Shown here: positions 41,301 through 48,468 of the stretch, piece after piece
Position numbering within the stretch: position 1 is the stretch's first letter
How the letters are laid out: each line of letters starts with the position of its first letter
Assembly (NCBI GenBank): GCA_903929485.1
Contig: CAIYUY010000211.1
Coordinates: 3,770 to 67,769 of the forward strand
Length of the DNA stretch: 64,000 bases
Source of the DNA: an uncultured Desulfuromonadales bacterium
GTDB taxonomy: Bacteria; Desulfobacterota; Desulfuromonadia; Geobacterales; CAIOGM01
Reading direction: 5' to 3'
Translations under genes and position numbers: made by a program
Notes under the pieces: model-generated
What the model saw: the letters and a program-made list of their open reading frames with translations, nothing else
Told to the model about the DNA's origin: nothing
Databases searched by the model: none

Positions 41301-44300
41301 CAGTGCGCCGTCTCCTTCGGTAATGGAAAGTGTCAGGTCGAACTTTGCCGTCGTGCTCTCGCTCTTGGCAAGAGTGATGTCCAGTCCGTCAAGGAGCGGC
41401 GCTTCCTCATCGGTATTCTGGAGAACGAACATGACCTGGAAGAGTGGCCCGTGGGCAAGATTGCGCGTTACCCCCAGTGATTCGACAAGTATCTCGAAGG
41501 GAAGTTCCTGGTGGGCATACGCTTCCAGACAGGTATGCCGAATACGGGCCATAAGTTCCAGGAACGAGGGATTACCGCTCAGGTCGGCGCGCAAGGCCAA
41601 GGTGTTGACGAAGAAACCGATAAGCGGCTCCACCGCGCTCTGAGTCCGGTTCGCCACCGGGGAACCGATGATGAGGTCATCTTCTCCACTGTAACGTGAA
41701 AGAAGGGTGGCCCAAGCCGCCAGGAGCGTCATGAACAGGGTCGCGCCGGAGCGACGTCCCAATTCATGAAGGTCGCTGGTGAGAGCCGAATCAACGGTAA
41801 AGGAAATGACTCCCCCTCGGTGACTTTGCCGTGACGGACGTGGCCGGTCAGTGGAGAGATTCAGGCAATCCGGAGCGCCGGCCAGGTGGCTTTGCCAGTA
41901 GTGAAGCTGCCGGTTTCGACGTTCCCCGGTGAGCCAGCCACGCTGCCAGACAGCATAGTCTGCGTACTGAATTCCAAGTTCAGGAAGAGGTGACGGCTTG
42001 CCTTCCCGAAAGGCGCCATAGAGGATAGCCAACTCCCGAAACAGGATGGCAAGGGACCAGCCGTCTGCGGCCACGTGCTGCAGGGTCAGGAGAAGCGTCC
42101 AGGCGGACTCCCCACGCCTCAGCAGACGGAGACGCAGCGGCTCATCCCGGGCAAGGTCGAAGGGGTCGGCTGCTTCCCGGCGAGCCAACTCATGGGCTTC
42201 CATCTCCGGATCGACGCTTTCCCGCAGATCCACAACCGGCAGGGTCACGACACCGGCCGGGGAGACAAGTTGTATCGGCTCATCTCCCCGCAGCAGCAGA
42301 CGGCTGCGCAACACTTCGTGACGACGGATGATTTCCGAGAAGGCGCGGTTCAGCGCTTCAAGATCAAGGGGTCCGGCCAGTTCCAGCACGAGGGGTATGT
42401 TGTAGGTGGAACTTGGCCCTTCCAGCTGATGAAGAAACCACAAGCGTTGCTGGGCAAAGGAGAGCGGCAGCTCCCGGTCCCGTGGGGCCGGGGGAATGAG
42501 CCGCGCAGCGGCTTCTTCCTGCCCATGGGCGTCGCCTTGTTGAAGGGTGCGGATCTGGCGAGCAAATTCGGCCACGGTGGGAGCTTCAAAGAGCCGGCGT
42601 ACCGGGATATCCATCTCCAGCTCGTCACGCAGCCGGGAGGTGAGCCGGATAGCCAGCAGGGAATGCCCGCCATGTTCAAAAAAATTATCGTGAATGCCGA
42701 TACCGGGTTGATGCAGGAGGGTCGCCCAGAGGCAGACAAGAACCTCTTCCAGCGGGTCGCGGGGGGCGGCTCCGGAGGAGGTGCAGGCGTCAGGTTCAGG
42801 CAGGGCCTTGCGATCGACTTTACCGTTGGGGGTAAGCGGCAGCGCCGGAAGGAATACCCAGGCTGCGGGGAGCATGTAGTCGGGAAGCGAGCGTTGCAGG
42901 AAGGTGCGCAGCTCCCCGGGAGCGGGCTGCTCTGCAACGGAAACGACATAGGCGACCAGACACTTCTCCCCGTCGGCATCGCTTCCGGCAATGACCAGGG
43001 CCTCACGAACCCCCGGATGAGCCGCCAGCGCCGCATCGATCTCTCCCAGCTCGATGCGAAAGCCTCTGATTTTAACCTGGTGGTCCATTCGTCCGAGAAA
43101 CTCGATGTTACCATCAGGGCGATAGCGGGCCAGGTCGCCGGTTTTATAGAGACGGGCGCCGGGAACGTCGCTGAAGGGATCGGGAATGAATTTTTCGGCG
43201 GTAAGTTCCGGCCGGTTCAGATAACCACGGGCGAGCCCCGCGCCGCCGATGTGCAGTTCTCCGGGGACGCCGATGGGAGTCGGCTGGAGATGGCCGTCAA
43301 GGATATAGATTCGGGTGTTGGCGATGGGGCGGCCGATGGATGGCGCTTCACCCGGAGAGCGCATTTTGAACGTAGTATAAACAGTATCTTCCGATGGGCC
43401 GTACAGATCGTAAACCTTCCGGATCGTCGGAACGCCATAGATGCGATCTGCAAGATTCATGGTGAGCGGCTCGCCGGCTAGATTCACCACCCGCACGCCG
43501 GCAGGGATTCCGCCTTGAACCAGCAGGGTGTTCATTGCGGAAGGGACGGTATTGATCAGCGTCACCATGTCACGACATTTAATCGTCAGTAATTCCAGAA
43601 CGTTTTCAACCAGAATCACGGCGCCCCCAACCGAAAGAGGAAGAAAGAGTTCGTAAACAGATAGATCAAAACAGATGGAAGTTCCAGAAAGAACGCACCG
43701 CAATTCGTCCACGGTCCATACCGTACGCGCCCATTGCAGTAACGCAGTCGGGCCACGGTGTTCAATGGCGACTCCCTTGGGTTTCCCGGTGGAACCGGAG
43801 GTATAGATGATGTAGGCAAGATTCTCCGGAGCCACGGGCTGGTTGGGGTTACTCTCCGGTTGCCGGGCAATGGCTGCCGCATCAGTATCATAACAAAGAA
43901 TACGTTCCACGATCCGTGGCAGGCGATGAGACAGCGATTCCTGGGTGATGAGGATTCGCGCCCCGGAATCTTCCAGCATGAAAACCAAGCGTGTTGTCGG
44001 ATACTCAAGATCCAGCGGAACATAAGCGCCCCCTGCCTTGAGGACCGCAAGAAGCGCGACGATCATCTCCAGGGAGCGTTCGAGGGCGATGGCCACCGGA
44101 GCGTCAGGAACAACTCCCAAACCGATCAGGGCATGCGCCAGTTGATTGGCCCGAGCGTTCAGCTCCCCATAGGTGAGGCGTTCGTCCTGGAAGAGCACTG
44201 CGGTTGCATCAGGGCTCTCTTCGACCTGCGCCTCGAAGAGTTGATGCACACATTTATCCGGTAACGGTGTCGCCGTGTCGTTCCACTGGACAAGCATCAG

Positions 44301-44516
44301 CCGCATTTCTTCCGGAGACGGAAAAGTAGGGATTGCTGAATCGGGACAAAGAGTTTCTTCCGGAGACGGAACTGTAGGAATGTCAGGATCGGGACAAATA
44401 GTTTCTTCCGGAGACGGAACTGTAGGAATGTCAGGATCGGGACAAATAGTTTGTTCCAACGACGGTTCGCTTGGAACCAAGAGGAGAGGCTGTTGCCGCG
44501 GCGCTGCTTGTTTCAT
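35304..44516 (-). CDS. Non-ribosomal peptide synthetase, three modules: A-T-C-A-T-C-A-T-TE
   Basis: 3070 aa. Three A domains each carry LAYIIYTSGSTGKPKG, GELHIGGAGLARGY, Y K[TS]GDL, KIRGFRIELGEI and NGK[VI]DRK. Three carrier domains carry GGHSL. Two C domains carry LSFAQQRLWFL...QHVAADGWS. The C-terminal TE carries LHGWGGD...GCSVGG. Approximate map on the minus strand (nt, within roughly 30 nt): A1 44255-42801, T1 42761-42552, C1 42476-41163, A2 41105-39624, T2 39578-39369, C2 39293-37980, A3 37922-36450, T3 36395-36180, TE 36119-35307. Confidence 0.93.
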   Translation of the reverse strand: MKQAAPRQQPLLLVPSEPSLEQTICPDPDIPTVPSPEETICPDPDIPTVPSPEETLCPDSAIPTFPSPEEMRLMLVQWNDTATPLPDKCVHQLFEAQVEESPDATAVLFQDERLTYGELNARANQLAHALIGLGVVPDAPVAIALERSLEMIVALLAVLKAGGAYVPLDLEYPTTRLVFMLEDSGARILITQESLSHRLPRIVERILCYDTDAAAIARQPESNPNQPVAPENLAYIIYTSGSTGKPKGVAIEHRGPTALLQWARTVWTVDELRCVLSGTSICFDLSVYELFLPLSVGGAVILVENVLELLTIKCRDMVTLINTVPSAMNTLLVQGGIPAGVRVVNLAGEPLTMNLADRIYGVPTIRKVYDLYGPSEDTVYTTFKMRSPGEAPSIGRPIANTRIYILDGHLQPTPIGVPGELHIGGAGLARGYLNRPELTAEKFIPDPFSDVPGARLYKTGDLARYRPDGNIEFLGRMDHQVKIRGFRIELGEIDAALAAHPGVREALVIAGSDADGEKCLVAYVVSVAEQPAPGELRTFLQRSLPDYMLPAAWVFLPALPLTPNGKVDRKALPEPDACTSSGAAPRDPLEEVLVCLWATLLHQPGIGIHDNFFEHGGHSLLAIRLTSRLRDELEMDIPVRRLFEAPTVAEFARQIRTLQQGDAHGQEEAAARLIPPAPRDRELPLSFAQQRLWFLHQLEGPSSTYNIPLVLELAGPLDLEALNRAFSEIIRRHEVLRSRLLLRGDEPIQLVSPAGVVTLPVVDLRESVDPEMEAHELARREAADPFDLARDEPLRLRLLRRGESAWTLLLTLQHVAADGWSLAILFRELAILYGAFREGKPSPLPELGIQYADYAVWQRGWLTGERRNRQLHYWQSHLAGAPDCLNLSTDRPRPSRQSHRGGVISFTVDSALTSDLHELGRRSGATLFMTLLAAWATLLSRYSGEDDLIIGSPVANRTQSAVEPLIGFFVNTLALRADLSGNPSFLELMARIRHTCLEAYAHQELPFEILVESLGVTRNLAHGPLFQVMFVLQNTDEEAPLLDGLDITLAKSESTTAKFDLTLSITEGDGALAATLEYATDLFNEETIERLGGQFRKLLRSVVANPEQQVSLLDILPPQERKRLLVDWNDTAAPLPEKCVHQLFEAQVEESPDAVAVLYQDESLTYAELNVRANQLAHALIERGVGPDAPVAIALERSSEMIVALLAILKSGGTYVPLDPEYPTKRLAFMLEDSGARILITRESLFLRLPRSVEHTLCLDSEAAAIARQPESNPNQPVAPENLAYIIYTSGSTGKPKGCLIQHRSVVRLVKNTNYVVITPSDLFLQFAPISFDAATFEIWGALLNGAGLVVFSPRIPTPEELGAFIGSRGITILWLTASLFHLMVDHELQSLTGVRQILAGGDFLSAPHVRKFLEILPPGHRFINGYGPTESTTFACCHLMNGSSVIEGQVPIGKPISNTTLFILDGSLRPVPLGVPGELHIGGAGLARGYLNRPELTAEKFIPDPFSDAPGARLYKTGDLVRYRPDGNIEFLGRMDHQVKIRGFRIELGEIEAALAAHPGVREVLVITGSDADGEKRLVAYVVPVADRPAPGELRTFLKMTLPDYMLPAAFVFLKALPLTPNGKIDRKALPEPDACTSASTGTAPRNPLEEVLVGLWATLLHQPGIGIHDNFFELGGHSLLATRLTSRLRDALEMDIPVRRLFEFPTVAGLADWIHIIQQGDAHGQEEAAARLISPAPRDREPPLSFAQQRLWFLHQLEGPSSTYNIPLVLELAGPLDLEALNRAFSEIIRRHEVLRSRLLLRGDEPIQLVSPASVITLPIVDLRESVDPEMEARELARREASDPFDLARDEPLRLRLLRRGESAWTLLLTLQHVAADGWSMDILFRELAILYGAFREGKPSPLPELEIQYADYAVWQRGWLTGERLRYRLEYWLNHLASAPDCLNLPTDRPRPPRQSHQGGTVAFAVDALLTAELHDLGRRSGATLFMTLLAAWAILLSRYSGEEDLVIGSPVANRTQSAVEPLIGFFVNTLALRADLSGNPPFLELLARLRHTCLDAYAHQELPFEILVESLGVTRNLAHAPLFQIMFILQNADPAAPLLPGLDVTLAESEGVTAKFDLTLSVTELHGGLTATLEYALDLFDEETIQRLGGQFQELLRSVVANPEQQVSLLAILPSEERRRLLVDWNNTAAPLPEKCVHQLFEAQVEESPDAVAVLFQDERLTYRELNARANQLAHTLIRLGVVPDAPVAIALERSPEMIVALLAVLKAGGAYVPLDPGYPSTRLSFMLEDSGARILITQETVRHRLTQKVEHTLSLDTQWTDIACQSEMNPHQMVAPEHLAYIIYTSGSTGKPKGVAVGHGGLFNFLQTMQRNPGFNRKDSLLAVTTVSFDIFGLEIYLPLICGGRIVVTRSFDAVDPVALITLLDKYDITVFQATPATWLMLIDAGWSGKSNLKMLVGGEALSGFLARKMLFRGASLWNLYGPTETTIWSSCYLVTEQDTDHAVVTIGRPVANTQLYILDSHLESTPMGVPGELHIGGAGLARGYLNRPELTAEKFISDPFSDVPGARLYKSGDLARYRSDGNIEFLGRMDHQVKIRGFRIELGEIEAALAAHPGVREALVSAGSDADGEKRLVAYVVPAADRPAPGELRAFLKVTLPDYMLPAAFVFPEALPLTPNGKIDRKGLPEPEAFTDSDNSAGDLHATPRNLLEQQLLQLWHKALGQSDFGIHANFFSMGGHSLIAARLASEIDHLVGHKVPIASFFHAQTVATLAVLLRNDEETPAWSSLVPLQPKGEKTPLFVLHGWGGDAYWSVHMAQNLAPERPVYGFQAVGLDGKTPRHTSIDAMAEHYAAQIRSLQPTGPYHLVGCSVGGWLAYAVADHLLRQGGAIGLLTLLDTHANANIHKWLNFNEWLELGSYLMGRVSYHVDKLRHRPEGGRITYLKKRLVSQLFYAKILLRKPKKSPEIETINNARFAHQDSPHVMDHTSTIVTFYRPPRLDLELNLVTTTKTKSRMFLFWYYYARRGVKVHRLFDNHHDYYRSHGAEPLAAFLRQLLHENENPGTGE
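44304..44447. repeat. 3 x 48-bp in-frame tandem repeat at the 5' end of the NRPS gene
   Basis: It encodes ICPDPDIPTVPSPEET twice, then the diverged copy LCPDSAIPTFPSPEEM. gtttcttccggagacgg recurs at 44353 and 44401. Confidence 0.85.
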
Positions 44517-44719
44517 GAAGTGTAGTCACCGTTCAAACTATTGCCAATCACACCGTTTTTGCCTCGCTATCATTCCAGCTTCTCCACCGGCAGTGAAGCT
44601 TGATAAAAACAAAGGCAAAGCGGAAACGGACGAGAAGGGAAAGATAGGGCAATATATCATGTTTCCACGGTAAATGCACCGGATTGTCCTGATTTAACAG
44701 CAACAAAAAGAGCTCGACC

Positions 44720-45265
44720 CTACCCTTCCCCCTTCTCCACCCAGCACTGGGCCAGAGCCAGATGCTTGAGAAAAGCGGCGGCGAAACGGAAACCGGCGCG
44801 GGGGACCGGGACGTTAATAAAATCATTACCCCGGCCAACGAAGAGGGCGAATTTACGCTCTCCCGGCGCCGTCCAGTAGGACTCGATCCCCACTTCGGTC
44901 TGTACCTTACCGGCGGAACTCTCGTAGACATGGGGAGGAAGACGGTAGGAAACACTGGTTTTTGCGCCGGAGCTTTTTACCTTGAAGTGATTGGCCTCGT
45001 ACTCCTGGGGAGAAACTCCCGGGTTCAGCAGCATCTCCATGGCCCACGCCAGATCATGGGCCTCGGACGGCTCGCTGACGAAGCGGATCTGGGTCGGCTT
45101 GTCAGTGGAACCGGGGGGCTTGAGGAGGAAGAAGCGGAACTGAACCCGCCCTTCGCTCCCCTCATGACCATGACCGTTCACCTGTTTCACCCCCGGCTGG
45201 AGTTCCAGTCCGCTGTGGGCCGCGTAAAAAATCTGCCTCACGGTACGCTCTGTCTTATCGGTCAT
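44720..45265 (-). CDS. Hypothetical protein (181 aa), no recognised family
   Basis: The ATG at 45265 is preceded by GGAGG at 8-nt spacing. The ORF is uninterrupted and lies between scpB and the NRPS gene on the same strand. Confidence 0.55.
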   Translation of the reverse strand: MTDKTERTVRQIFYAAHSGLELQPGVKQVNGHGHEGSEGRVQFRFFLLKPPGSTDKPTQIRFVSEPSEAHDLAWAMEMLLNPGVSPQEYEANHFKVKSSGAKTSVSYRLPPHVYESSAGKVQTEVGIESYWTAPGERKFALFVGRGNDFINVPVPRAGFRFAAAFLKHLALAQCWVEKGEG

Positions 45266-45289
45266 GACGAACACCTCCGTATTTAAAAC

Positions 45290-45367
45290 CGTTTACCGTT
45301 CACCGTTCACCATTCACGTTTCACCCTTCACCCTTGCCTTTTTCACCCTTCACCCTTGCCCTTCACC
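45290..45367. repeat. Heptanucleotide tandem array (NNTTCAC)n, about 11 units, with an internal 22-bp duplication
   Basis: cgtttac cgttcac cgttcac cattcac gtttcac ccttcac ccttgcc tttttcac ccttcac ccttgcc cttcacc. The array overlaps the last codons of scpB. Confidence 0.75.
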
Positions 45368-45922
45368 CAGCGGCAGCTCCGGCTGTCCCTCCTCAAAGGG
45401 GCGCTCTCCCAGCTCCTGAACTTCCTTCAGAGTGGGAAGACTAGCCAGATCCCTGAGACTGAACAGCTCCAGAAATTCCTTGGTAGTACCGTAGATAAGC
45501 GGCCTCCCCGGGACATCCTTCTTCCCCAATATCCGGACCAGCCGTTTTTCCAGACAGCTTTTCAGCACCCCGCCGCAGTCGACCCCCCGGAGATATTCCA
45601 CCTCGGCGCGAGTTATGGGCTGCCGATAGGCGACAATGGCCAAGGTCTCCAGGGCCGACTGACTGAACTTGGGTGGTCTGCTCTTGGTGAGCCGCTTGAG
45701 GTATTCCGCGTACTCCGGCAGGGTGCGGAACTGGTACCCTCCCCCCACTTCCGCCAGGACCACGGCGCCGCCACGCAGCCGATAGTCGGCGGTCAACTCC
45801 ATGAGGGCCGAGCGGATGTCGCCCCGCTCAAACTCCTCCAGAAGAACGCAGATCCGATCCAGGGAAAGAGGGGCATCGGAGATAAAGATGAGACTCTCCA
45901 CTATCGGCTTAAGCTCAGGCAT
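45350..45922 (-). CDS. scpB: Segregation and condensation protein B
   Basis: 190 aa with VESLIFISDAPLSLDRI...GGYQFRT...LSQSALETLAIVAYRQPITRAEVE.LRGV. Confidence 0.9.
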   Translation of the reverse strand: MPELKPIVESLIFISDAPLSLDRICVLLEEFERGDIRSALMELTADYRLRGGAVVLAEVGGGYQFRTLPEYAEYLKRLTKSRPPKFSQSALETLAIVAYRQPITRAEVEYLRGVDCGGVLKSCLEKRLVRILGKKDVPGRPLIYGTTKEFLELFSLRDLASLPTLKEVQELGERPFEEGQPELPLGEGQG

Positions 45923-46733
45923 CCTCTCCCTCCTGTTCGGAGGAATCAGCCGTCACCGCGGGGGTGAGAAGAATGGAACCGTACCGCTCGTCCTGGACGA
46001 TGTTGATCATCCGAAGTTTGCAGAGCTCCAGGATCGCCAAAAAAGTCACCACCAGCAGCTCCCGGTTGCAGCCGTCATCGAAAAGTTCGTCAAAGAGCGC
46101 CGTCTCCCGCTCCACGATGAAAGCCAGAACCTGGGTGATCCGGTCGGCAATGCTGATGCTGTCGGCCGCCACCTGATGAATGGCGGAAGCCGGCATCTTT
46201 GCGAGAAGTTTCCGGAAAGCCTCGATGAGCTGGAACAGTTCCAGCTCCAGCGGCCCCTCCTCGGGGGCCAGGTCAACCAGATCGGGAGGATCGAACTTCC
46301 GGGCAAAGGTCTCTCTCCCCAGGAGGTCCCGCTCCCGGAGTAGAAGCGACGCGGCCTTGTACCGCTGATACTCCAGGAGCCGCCGGACCAGTTCGGCCCG
46401 AGGGTCTTCCTCCTCCACTGTCCCCTCCTCGTCCGTCGCCGTGGGGAGAAGGAGCCGGGACTTTATCTGGAGGAGCGTGGAGGCCATGACGAGAAATTCG
46501 CCCGCAACCTCCAGGTTAAGCTCCTCCATGAGGTGGATATACTCCAGATACTGGCGAGTGATATGGGCGATGGGAATATCATAGATGTTCAGCTCATTCT
46601 TTCGGATAAGGTGCAGCAGAAGATCAAGCGGCCCCTGAAAGCTCTCCAGCGTGACACTATAGAGGGAGTTGTCATCAAAGAGAAGGCCGGTGGGCTCTTC
46701 GGCAAGTCGAGTCGTCACGGGCGCCTCATGCAA
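45915..46733 (-). CDS. scpA: Segregation and condensation protein A
   Basis: 272 aa with FQGPLDLLLHLIRKNELNIYDIPIAHIT.QYLEY. It overlaps the scpB start. Confidence 0.9.
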   Translation of the reverse strand: MHEAPVTTRLAEEPTGLLFDDNSLYSVTLESFQGPLDLLLHLIRKNELNIYDIPIAHITRQYLEYIHLMEELNLEVAGEFLVMASTLLQIKSRLLLPTATDEEGTVEEEDPRAELVRRLLEYQRYKAASLLLRERDLLGRETFARKFDPPDLVDLAPEEGPLELELFQLIEAFRKLLAKMPASAIHQVAADSISIADRITQVLAFIVERETALFDELFDDGCNRELLVVTFLAILELCKLRMINIVQDERYGSILLTPAVTADSSEQEGEDA

Positions 46734-46752
46734 CGTTTTTCCTCTTCCCCCG

Positions 46753-47439
46753 TCACCTGGTCATGACCTTCGTCAGGAGCTGCTCAAAGACCCACTGGGT
46801 TTTCGGTCCGGCCAGGAGGTCGATCCCCACGGAAAGGAGAGGCTGAAGAATCGTTGAAAAAACATTGGTAAAAAAGACCAGCGCGACGATGAGGATCATG
46901 CCGTAGGGTTCGAAACGCGCCAGAAAGAGGGCCGGCCGAGGGGGGAGTAACCCCACCACCACCCGTCCGCCATCCAGCGGAGGGACAGGAATAAGATTAA
47001 ATATTGCCAGGAGAAGGTTAATATAGACCGAAAAGGCCAGCATGAGGAGGAGAGGAAAGAGCACCGACTCCACAAGGGAAGAAGAGTTCATGACCGCGGA
47101 AAGGGTGACCCCACCCCGCAGAGCCAGAGCCGACAGACAGGCCAGGATGAAATTGGTTATGGGCCCCGCCGCCGCCACCCAGATCATGTCCCGCTTGGGA
47201 TTGCGCAGATTGCCGAAATTCACCGGCACCGGCTTGGCCCACCCGATACCGGCGACAAAGACCATGAGAGTCCCGATAATGTCCAGATGCTTGAGGGGAT
47301 TAAGGGTCAAACGCCCCAGGGAACGGGCTGTGTCGTCCCCCAACCGGTTGGCCACATAGCCGTGGGAGACCTCGTGGCAGGTGATTGCCATGAGCCCCGG
47401 CGCAAGCATGATCGAAAGTTTAAGAAAAAACAACTCCAT
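46753..47439 (-). CDS. Site-2 protease family (M50) membrane metalloprotease
   Basis: 228 aa with the HExxH motif in CHEVSHGYVANRLGD, plus LTLNPLKHLDIIGTL and multiple TM segments. Confidence 0.85.
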   Translation of the reverse strand: MELFFLKLSIMLAPGLMAITCHEVSHGYVANRLGDDTARSLGRLTLNPLKHLDIIGTLMVFVAGIGWAKPVPVNFGNLRNPKRDMIWVAAAGPITNFILACLSALALRGGVTLSAVMNSSSLVESVLFPLLLMLAFSVYINLLLAIFNLIPVPPLDGGRVVVGLLPPRPALFLARFEPYGMILIVALVFFTNVFSTILQPLLSVGIDLLAGPKTQWVFEQLLTKVMTR

Positions 47440-47619
47440 AAAACCCCGCTGGTCAGGAAATGTTCAGCGCCGTTTTTGTAGCAGATTGACGGGTGCAAGT
47501 CAACGATGGAGAGCTGAAGTCCAACCTTTCCCTTGCACCGGCCCATAATCTACATTACCATGCCGCAAGGTATCAATCTTCAATGAAGTCATCTCCTTTC
47601 GTCAACAGGGACACAAATC

Positions 47620-48468
47620 ATGGCAACGATTCGCCAAACCATCCTCTGCCCCACCTGTCGCCGGCTCGTCAGTCGAGACGAGAAAGCCTGCCCCTGGTGC
47701 GGTTCGACCCACCCGGGAGCCTGGTGGCGTCGCGCATTCAGCATTCTCAGCGGCGATAATCCGCAGTTGGCCCTGAAGGTCATTATCAGTATTAACGCCG
47801 GGATGTTTCTGATCTCATTGCTGCTCAATTCGGGGATGCCGGGAGAGGCTCAAGGAATATTCGGCTCACTGACCCCCGACCAGAACAGCCTGTTTACGCT
47901 GGGGGCCACCGGGACGATTCCGGTGCTTCGGTCCGGACGACTCTGGTCGCTGATCAACGCCGGCTACCTTCACGGCGGGATCATGCATCTCCTGTTCAAC
48001 ATGATGGCGGTATACCAACTCTTTCCCATGACGGCTCGTGAATACGGGACTTCACGGACCATCACCATCTACTGTTGCGGCGGGCTTGCCGGGTTTATCC
48101 TCTCGGTGCTGGCCGGAGTTCCCATGACCATCGGCGCCTCGGCTCCGGTCTGCGGTCTTATCGGGGCGCTTCTCTACTACGGGAAAAGCCGTGGGGGGAG
48201 ATGGGGCGAGGCTGTCTCTCGGGAGGTCATGGGGTGGATCATCAGCCTTGCCCTGTTCGGGTTTATTTTTCCCGGCATCAACAACTGGGGACACGCCGGA
48301 GGGATCGCCGGAGGGGCAGCGGCTGCCTTCGTGCTTCATTATCGTGAGCGGCAACCGGAGAGTAGTCGCCACCAGATCATCGCCGCGGCCTGCGCCGTGG
48401 CGACACTCCTCTCCCTGGGGTGGGGGCTCATCGACGGCGCCGTTGCCTTTCTCTGGGGGGGACTATGA
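47620..48468 (+). CDS. Rhomboid-family intramembrane serine protease with N-terminal zinc ribbon
   Basis: CPTCRR...CPWCG at the N-terminus, then [25 protein letters not shown] and GHAGGIAGG. Confidence 0.85.
   Translation: MATIRQTILCPTCRRLVSRDEKACPWCGSTHPGAWWRRAFSILSGDNPQLALKVIISINAGMFLISLLLNSGMPGEAQGIFGSLTPDQNSLFTLGATGTIPVLRSGRLWSLINAGYLHGGIMHLLFNMMAVYQLFPMTAREYGTSRTITIYCCGGLAGFILSVLAGVPMTIGASAPVCGLIGALLYYGKSRGGRWGEAVSREVMGWIISLALFGFIFPGINNWGHAGGIAGGAAAAFVLHYRERQPESSRHQIIAAACAVATLLSLGWGLIDGAVAFLWGGL

Noticed and set aside
38892-43481. Plus-strand ORFs of 554, 290 and 468 aa inside the NRPS gene.
   Set aside because: They lie antisense to a continuous 3070-aa ORF with complete NRPS motif sets. 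Their mutual similarity only mirrors the NRPS module duplication.
35304-44516. Possibility that the regularly spaced internal repeats represent a CRISPR array or mobile-element repeats.
   Set aside because: The repeats are kilobase-scale, in frame and encode NRPS domains. The 48-bp N-terminal repeats are contiguous with no spacers. No cas genes are present.
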